A DNA stretch of 64,000 nucleotides from Eledone cirrhosa (taxonomy: Eukaryota): contig OZ024745.1 in NCBI GenBank assembly GCA_964016885.1, positions 9,362,001 to 9,426,000 on the forward strand, in the 5' to 3' direction. Shown piece by piece: positions 57,301 to 64,000 of this stretch (position 1 is its first letter; every line of letters starts with the position of its first letter). The translations under genes were made by a program, and so were the position numbers. Below the pieces are notes generated by a model. The model searched no databases and was not told the DNA's origin. It saw nothing but the letters and a program-made list of their open reading frames with translations.

Positions 57301-60300
57301 TCCCATGTCATGATATCACCAGTCCTCATGTCATAATATCACTAGCTGTCATGTCATAATATTACCAGCTCCCATGTCAAATCACCAGCTCCCATGTCAT
57401 ATCACCAGCTCCCATGTCATAATATCACCAGGTCCCATGTCATAATATCACCAGCTCCCATGTCATAATATCACCAGCTCCCATGTCATGATATCACCAG
57501 TCCTCGTGTCATAATATCACTAGCTGTCATGTCATATAACCAGCCCTCATGTCATATCACCAGCTCTCTTGTCATATCACCAGCTCTCTTGTCATGTCAC
57601 CAGCTCTCTTGTCATATCACCAGCGCTCTTGTCATATCATCAGCGCTCTTGTCATATCACCAGCTCTCTTGTCATATCACCAGCCCTCATGTCATAATAT
57701 TACTAGCTCCCATGTCATATCACCAGCTGTCATGTCATAATATCACCACCTGTCATGCCATAATATCACCAGCCCTCATGTCATATCACCAGCTCCCATG
57801 TCATAATATTACCAGTTCCCATGTCATATCACCAGCTCTCATGTCATAATATCCCCAGCTCCCACGTCATAATATCACCAGCTCCCATGTCATAACATCA
57901 CCAGCTACCATGTCATAACATCACCAGCTCCCATGTCATAATATCACCAGCTCCCATGTCATAATATCTCCAGCTCTCATGTCATATCACCAGCTCCCAT
58001 GTCATATCACCAGCCCTCATGTCGTATCACCAGTCCTCATGTCATAATATCACCAGCTCCCATGTCATAATATCACCAGCCCTCATGTCATAATATCACC
58101 AGCCCTCATGTCATATCACCAGCCCTCATGTCATAACATCACTAGCTGTCATGTCATAATATTACCAGTCATGTCATAATATCACTAGCTGTCATGTCAT
58201 ATCACCAGCTCCCTTGTCATAATATCACCAGCTCCCATGTCATCATGTCATAATATTACCAGTCCTCATGTCATAATATCACCAGCTGTCTTGTCATATC
58301 ACCAGCTCCCATGTCATAATATTACCAGTCCTCATGTTATAATATCATGATGTCACCAGTCCTCATGTTATAACATCACTAGCTATCATGTCATAATATT
58401 ACCAGTCCTCATGTCGTAATATCATATCACCAGTCCTCATATTATAACATCACTAGCTATCATGTCATAATATTACCAGTCCTCATGTCATAATATCACC
58501 AGCTGTCATGTCATATCACCAGCCCTCATGTCATATCACCAGACTTCATGTCATATCACCAGCTCCCATGCCATGATATTACCAGTCCTCATGTCATAAT
58601 ATCACCAGCTCCCATGTCATAATATCACCAGCTCCCATGTCATAATATCACCAGCTCTCATGTCATAATATTACCAGCTCTCATGTCATATCACCAGCTC
58701 CCATGTCATAATATCACCAGTCCTCGTCATAATATCACCAGTCCCCGTGTCATAATATTACCTGCTCCCATGTCATATCACCAGCTCCCATGTCATAATA
58801 TCACCAGCTCCCATGTCATAATATCACCAGCCCTCATGTCATAATATCACCAGCCCTCATGTCATATCACCAGTCCTCATGTCATAACATCACTAGCTGT
58901 CATGTCATAATATTACCAGTCATGTCATAATATCACTAGCTGTCATGTCATATCACCAGTTCCCTTGTCATAATATCACCAGCTCCCATGTCATCATGTC
59001 ATAATATCACCACCTGTCTTGTCATATCACCAGCTCCCATGTCATAATATTACCAGTCCTCATGTTATAATATCATGATATCACCAGTCCTCATGTTATA
59101 ACATCACTAACTATCATGTCATAATATTACCAGTCTTCATGTCGTAATATCATATCACCAGTCCTCATATTATAACATCACTAGTCCTCTTGTCACCAGT
59201 CCTCTTGTCATATCACCAGTCCTCGTGTCATAATATTACCTGCTCCCATGTCATATCATCAGCTCTCATGTCATAATATCACCAGCTCCCATGTCATAAT
59301 ATCACCAGTTCCCATGTCATAATATCACCAGCTCCCATGTCATAATATCACCAGCTCTCATGTCGTATCACCAGCTCTCATGTCATATCACCAGCTCCCA
59401 GGTCATGATATCACCAGTCCTCATGTCATAACATCACTAGCTATCATGTCGTAATATTACCAGTCCTCATGTCATAATATCACTAGCTGTCATGTCATAT
59501 CGCCAGCTCCCATGTCATAATATCACCAGCTCCCATGTCATCATGTCATAATATTACCAGTCCTCATGTCATAATATCACTAGCTGTCATGTCATATCGC
59601 CAGCTCCCATGTCATAATATCACCAGCTCCCATGTCATCATGTCATATTACCAGTCCTCGTGTCATATTACCTGTCCTCATGTCATAATATCACCAGCTG
59701 TCTTGTCATATCACCAGCTCCCATGTCATAATATTACCAGTCCTCATGTCATAATATCATGATATCACCAGTCCTCATGTTATAACATCACTAGCTATCA
59801 TGTCATAATATTACCAGTCCTCATGTCATAATATCACCAGCTGTCATGTCATATCACCAGCCCTCATGTCATATCACCAGCTCCCATGCCATATCACCAG
59901 CTCCCATGCCATATCACCAGCTCCCATGCCATAATATCACCAGCTCCCATGCCATGATATCACCAGTCCTCATGTCATAATATCACAAGCTGTCGTGTCA
60001 TAATATTACCAGTCCTCATGTCATAATATCACCAGCTCCCATGTCATAATATTACCGGCTCCCATGACATATCACCAGCTCCCATGTCATAATATCACCA
60101 GTCCTCGTGTCATAATATCACCAGTCCTTGTGTCATAATATTACCTGCTCCCATGTCATATCATCAGCTCTCATGTCATAATATTACCATCTCCCATGTC
60201 ATATCACCAGCTCCCATGTCATAATATTAGCAGCTCTCATGTCATAATATTACCAGCTCTCATGTTATATCACCAGCTCTCATGTCATATCACCAGCTCT

Positions 60301-61162
60301 CATGTCATATCACCAGCTCTCATGTCATATCACCAGCTCCCATGTCATATCACCAGCTCCCATGTCATATCACCAGCTCCCATGTCATATCACCAGCTCC
60401 CATGTAATATCACCAGCTCCCATGTCATAATATCACCAGCTCCCATGTCATAATATCACCAGCTCCCATGTCATAATATCACTAGCTCTCATGTCATAAT
60501 ATCACCAGCCCTCATGTCATAATATCACCAGCTGTCATGTCATAATATCACTAGCTGTCGTGTCATATCACCAGCCCTCATGTCATATCACCAGCCCTCA
60601 TGTCATATCACCAGCCCTCATGTCATATCACCAGCCATCATATCATATCACCACCTCTCTTGTCATAACACCATCTCTCTTGTCATAACACCAGCCCTCC
60701 TGTCATATCACCAGCCCTCATGTCATAATATTACCAGCTCCCATGTCATATCACCAGCTGTCATGTTATATCACCAGCTCCCATGTCATATCACCAGCTC
60801 CCATGTCATAGTGTCACCAGCCCTCATGTCATATCACCAGTCCTCATGTCATAATATCACCAGCTGTCATGTCATAATATCACTAGCTGTCGTGTCATAT
60901 CACCAGCCCTCATGTCATATCACCAGCCCTCATGTCATATCACCAGCCATCATATCATATCACCACCTCTCTTGTCATAACACCATCTCTCTTGTCATAA
61001 CACCAGCCCTCCTGTCATATCACCAGCCCTCATGTCATAATATTACCAGCTCCCATGTCATATCACCAGCTGTCATGTTATATCACCAGCTCCCATGTCA
61101 TATCACCAGCTCCCATGTCATAGTGTCACCAGCTCTCGTGTCATATCACCAGCTCTCATGTC
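54303..61162. repeat. ~6.9-kb satellite of 20/23-bp units
   Basis: Unit atgtcat(aat)atcaccagctc(c/t)c with variants; 312-bp higher-order duplication near the right end. Confidence 0.98.
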
Positions 61163-61601
61163 CAATCATAAGAGAGGTGTATATAATAAACATACATAAG
61201 TCTCGCTATGACTGTTTTAAGCTGTGACTATGTTAGAACTACCTCCGTAGTTATCTCAACATTGCTATGTTAGTGTTACCACTAATTATAAAACATCCTA
61301 TCTCCAATAATATACAGTAATATACAGTTCAAAGAATAATTGCTAAAATATCTTCTAACAAAGAATGTCTATCTTTTGAAGTAAACAAATGAAATTACTC
61401 TTCACAGATTCATGAGCCAACTAATGTTTGGGGGGCAATATACTCAACTATATATTTAGAAGCATTAGGAGTTTCTTGAAAGTAACATGTTGGTGTTTGC
61501 ACAGATTTTGTTTCATTGGCAATACTTCAAAATCTTAATATATCTACTGATTGTTTTCTATATAGATTCCTATTGGAAAGGTGAGACAACTGAAATCTGT
61601 A

Positions 61602-61833
61602 TTTACCCTTTCATTACCATATTTCTAATGAAACACACTGTATTTGAATTAGTTATTTAAGAATTTGGAGGGATTTATTAAAGTTATTTCATTAAGATTG
61701 CATTTATAACATAACATAGCAAAAGTAAAATTATGCTGGAAAATTTTAATTTAATAGGAACCCTTTAAAATGGGGGCGTTTTGTTCCATAGAACTACAGG
61801 CTGTTTTAGACAGGTAGGTATCAAAAGTGTTAA
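61602..61833. mobile_element. Diverged TTAA-type MITE related to 19379-19596; another left end at 63701
   Basis: TTTACCCTTTCATTACC ... GGTATCAAAAGTGTTAA. Internal acca...aatgaaa.acac is shared with the 19379 copy. Confidence 0.6.
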
Positions 61834-63287
61834 ATTAAGTTTTGTCAGCAGTTAATTTTGTGAAAATAAATTAGAATTTTAAGGCAATGGATTCACATAT
61901 TGGAGCATTAAAAATCATTAAGTAATGATAATCCAGCATTGATTTCCTTTATTGACTAGATTCAGTAGGATGTGAACTCATCTGACTTTAATATTGTATG
62001 TACGTATGGTTCTATATCACCTGAGGGGGTTGTAGATGCACCGTATTGCCATAGTATTTCTAGATCAAGCCCATCTCCTCTCCAGGTCTGAATACAGCAA
62101 ATATCTTCCAAAGAAGGATAGAGAGAGTTAAAGAATGGAAGTGAGAAAGAGATATAGAGGAAGAATTAATCCCAGTACTTGACTGGTACTTTTTTTTTTA
62201 TCGACCTTGAATGAATGAAAGGCAGAGTTGACCTCGGCAGGATTTGAATGCAGAGATCAGAAATAAATACCACAAAGTATTCTATCCGACTTTCTAAGTA
62301 CTCTGCCGATTCGCTGCGTTGACTTTAATATTACAGTAACTTAAACAGAATGCTGAACAGCCATTTCAAATTATAGCAATTTGAAGATTAAATCTATTAG
62401 AATATCAATCATCGTCATCATCATTATTTAGCACTTGTTTTTCTAGCTAACAAGAGTTGCATGTATTGTCACAGACTGGTTAATATTCAAGTAGTCACTA
62501 ACGTCTAGGTGGGGGCCAGTGCCTGACACATGATCTCTAATTCTACCAAGTGCATTTTATTATGACACCAATACTAGGGAAATTGTCCTTGACACAGCTA
62601 AAGAGAGCCTCCCAACACTTTGTTCAGCTGGTTTTCTACAGTTTGCTGCCCTTTTTATCACCCTGCCCCAAATCAGTAAAATTTGTTGGGGTTTTTAATG
62701 CAATTTTCCACATATTGTGTATGTCAATTTTCAATATCCATCAGCAGGAAATATATATATAAAAAAGAGAAATACTTCTCTCCACCAAAAGGACATTCTG
62801 CTTCTCTGAAATGTATTCTTATATATATTAGTGGGATTTACCTGTCATCTTTCTGGGGTCCATAACATTAAGTACTAGGGTCAATTCAATCAACAACACC
62901 CCCTCCTCAAAATACCATCCTTGTGCCCAAAGTTGAAATCAGGTTATTTATTTCTTGATTTCAAAAGGTTTGGCAACTACTATATTAGAGGATAAATGAG
63001 TTCTCTGGTGGTGGTGATGGAGGAGATATATTGCTATGCATGTATGTATAAATCATTCAATAAATATATGAAATTCCATATAGATATTTATACTAACATT
63101 CATTTCTAAGTTGTTATTGCCAAAGGGCATTGCTGATAAACAACAGTTGATTTAAATGGAAAGGTGAAATGTTATCACTTTCTCACAAATAACACCAACA
63201 CCTCCATAATGATAACACTGATATCTAGGGTGTCTTCCATAATAATAGTACTGTTAAAGATATTCAAAATATCCTAATAAAGGTTTC

Positions 63288-63696
63288 TAATTTAGGCACA
63301 TAGCAGTTTTTTTTTTAGGGAAGGGGAAAGCTGATTATATTGACCCCCAATATTTTACTCTCTCCGCCCTCTTAAAGGATGAAAGACAAAGTAGACTTTG
63401 GTGGGATTTGAAACCAGAATGTAAAGAGCTGTAATGAAACACTGCAGTATATTTCTTCTGCACTAATGATGATTCTGCCAATCTACTGTCCTCTTATGTC
63501 CAAATAATGATTTTTAATTTTTGCACAAGGCCAGCAATTTAGGGGAAGGGAAAGTCAATCTTATTAACCCCAGTACATGACCATGGAAAGATGAAAGGTA
63601 AAAGTCAACCTCAGCAGGATTTGAACTCAGAAAATAAAGGTCCAGAATTAATACTACAATAGCATTTGTTCAACATTCTAATGACTCTGCCAATCC
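63288..63696 (-). mobile_element. Two tandem diverged Meta-like SINEs
   Basis: ggatgaaag.caaagt..ac.t.gg..ggatttgaa motifs at ~63377-63415 and ~63590-63630. Confidence 0.72.
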
Positions 63697-64000
63697 TGCC
63701 TTAACCCTTTTGTAACCATATTTATAATGTAATATACTCTTTCAATTAATTGATACAGAATTTTAAATAATAATAATGAAATTATTGTGTAAAGTGCTCA
63801 GGTGCACTACAACTCGTGAAAGGTGCATGTATAGTACATAGAATAATATACAAATGTCAGAGAAGTGAACAGTGTATGAGTCATAATATACATGTGTGCA
63901 TGTGTGTGGAGGGGGAATATTAGGTATAGTGTTGGCGAATCTTGGGAAGCATGGAAGTTTTAAAAGATGCAGAGTCTCGACAACTAACAACTGATGCAGG

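Noticed and set aside
54303-61227. Satellite as a CRISPR array or repeat-protein gene
   Set aside because: The units are contiguous with no unique spacers, there are no cas genes, and the context is eukaryotic. The ORFs are short repeat translations.

Overview
AT-rich, repeat-dense animal genomic DNA. The SINE types, RTE LINEs, (CAT)n/(TA)n/(CT)n load and very long introns suggest a coleoid cephalopod, probably Octopus (inference). The only clear host gene is a + strand RhoGAP gene most like FAM13A/B. It has four well-supported exons (9444-9639, 16295-16503, 18550-18733, 19804-19927), a likely fifth (28019-28105), and an apparent 1-nt frameshift in the second visible exon. Most of the remainder is mobile or repetitive DNA: two decayed Penelope-like retroelements; several hammerhead-ribozyme motifs, one pair lying inside a perfect 412-bp palindrome; four large RTE-clade LINE copies, three with a visible PHD-like finger; a 6-kb Helitron that has lost its HUH/Y2 catalytic core; related non-autonomous Helitrons; tRNA-derived SINEs, some sharing the RTE 3' tail; TTAA-flanked MITEs; a 5.8-kb CT/CA microsatellite; and a 6.9-kb 20/23-bp satellite. 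The most unusual items are the mirror-image hammerhead pair, a 262-bp tRNA-cloverleaf element with Penelope-like inverted/partial-tandem architecture, and the inverted SINE pair bracketing a small exon. All calls were made by eye and no database searches were run.
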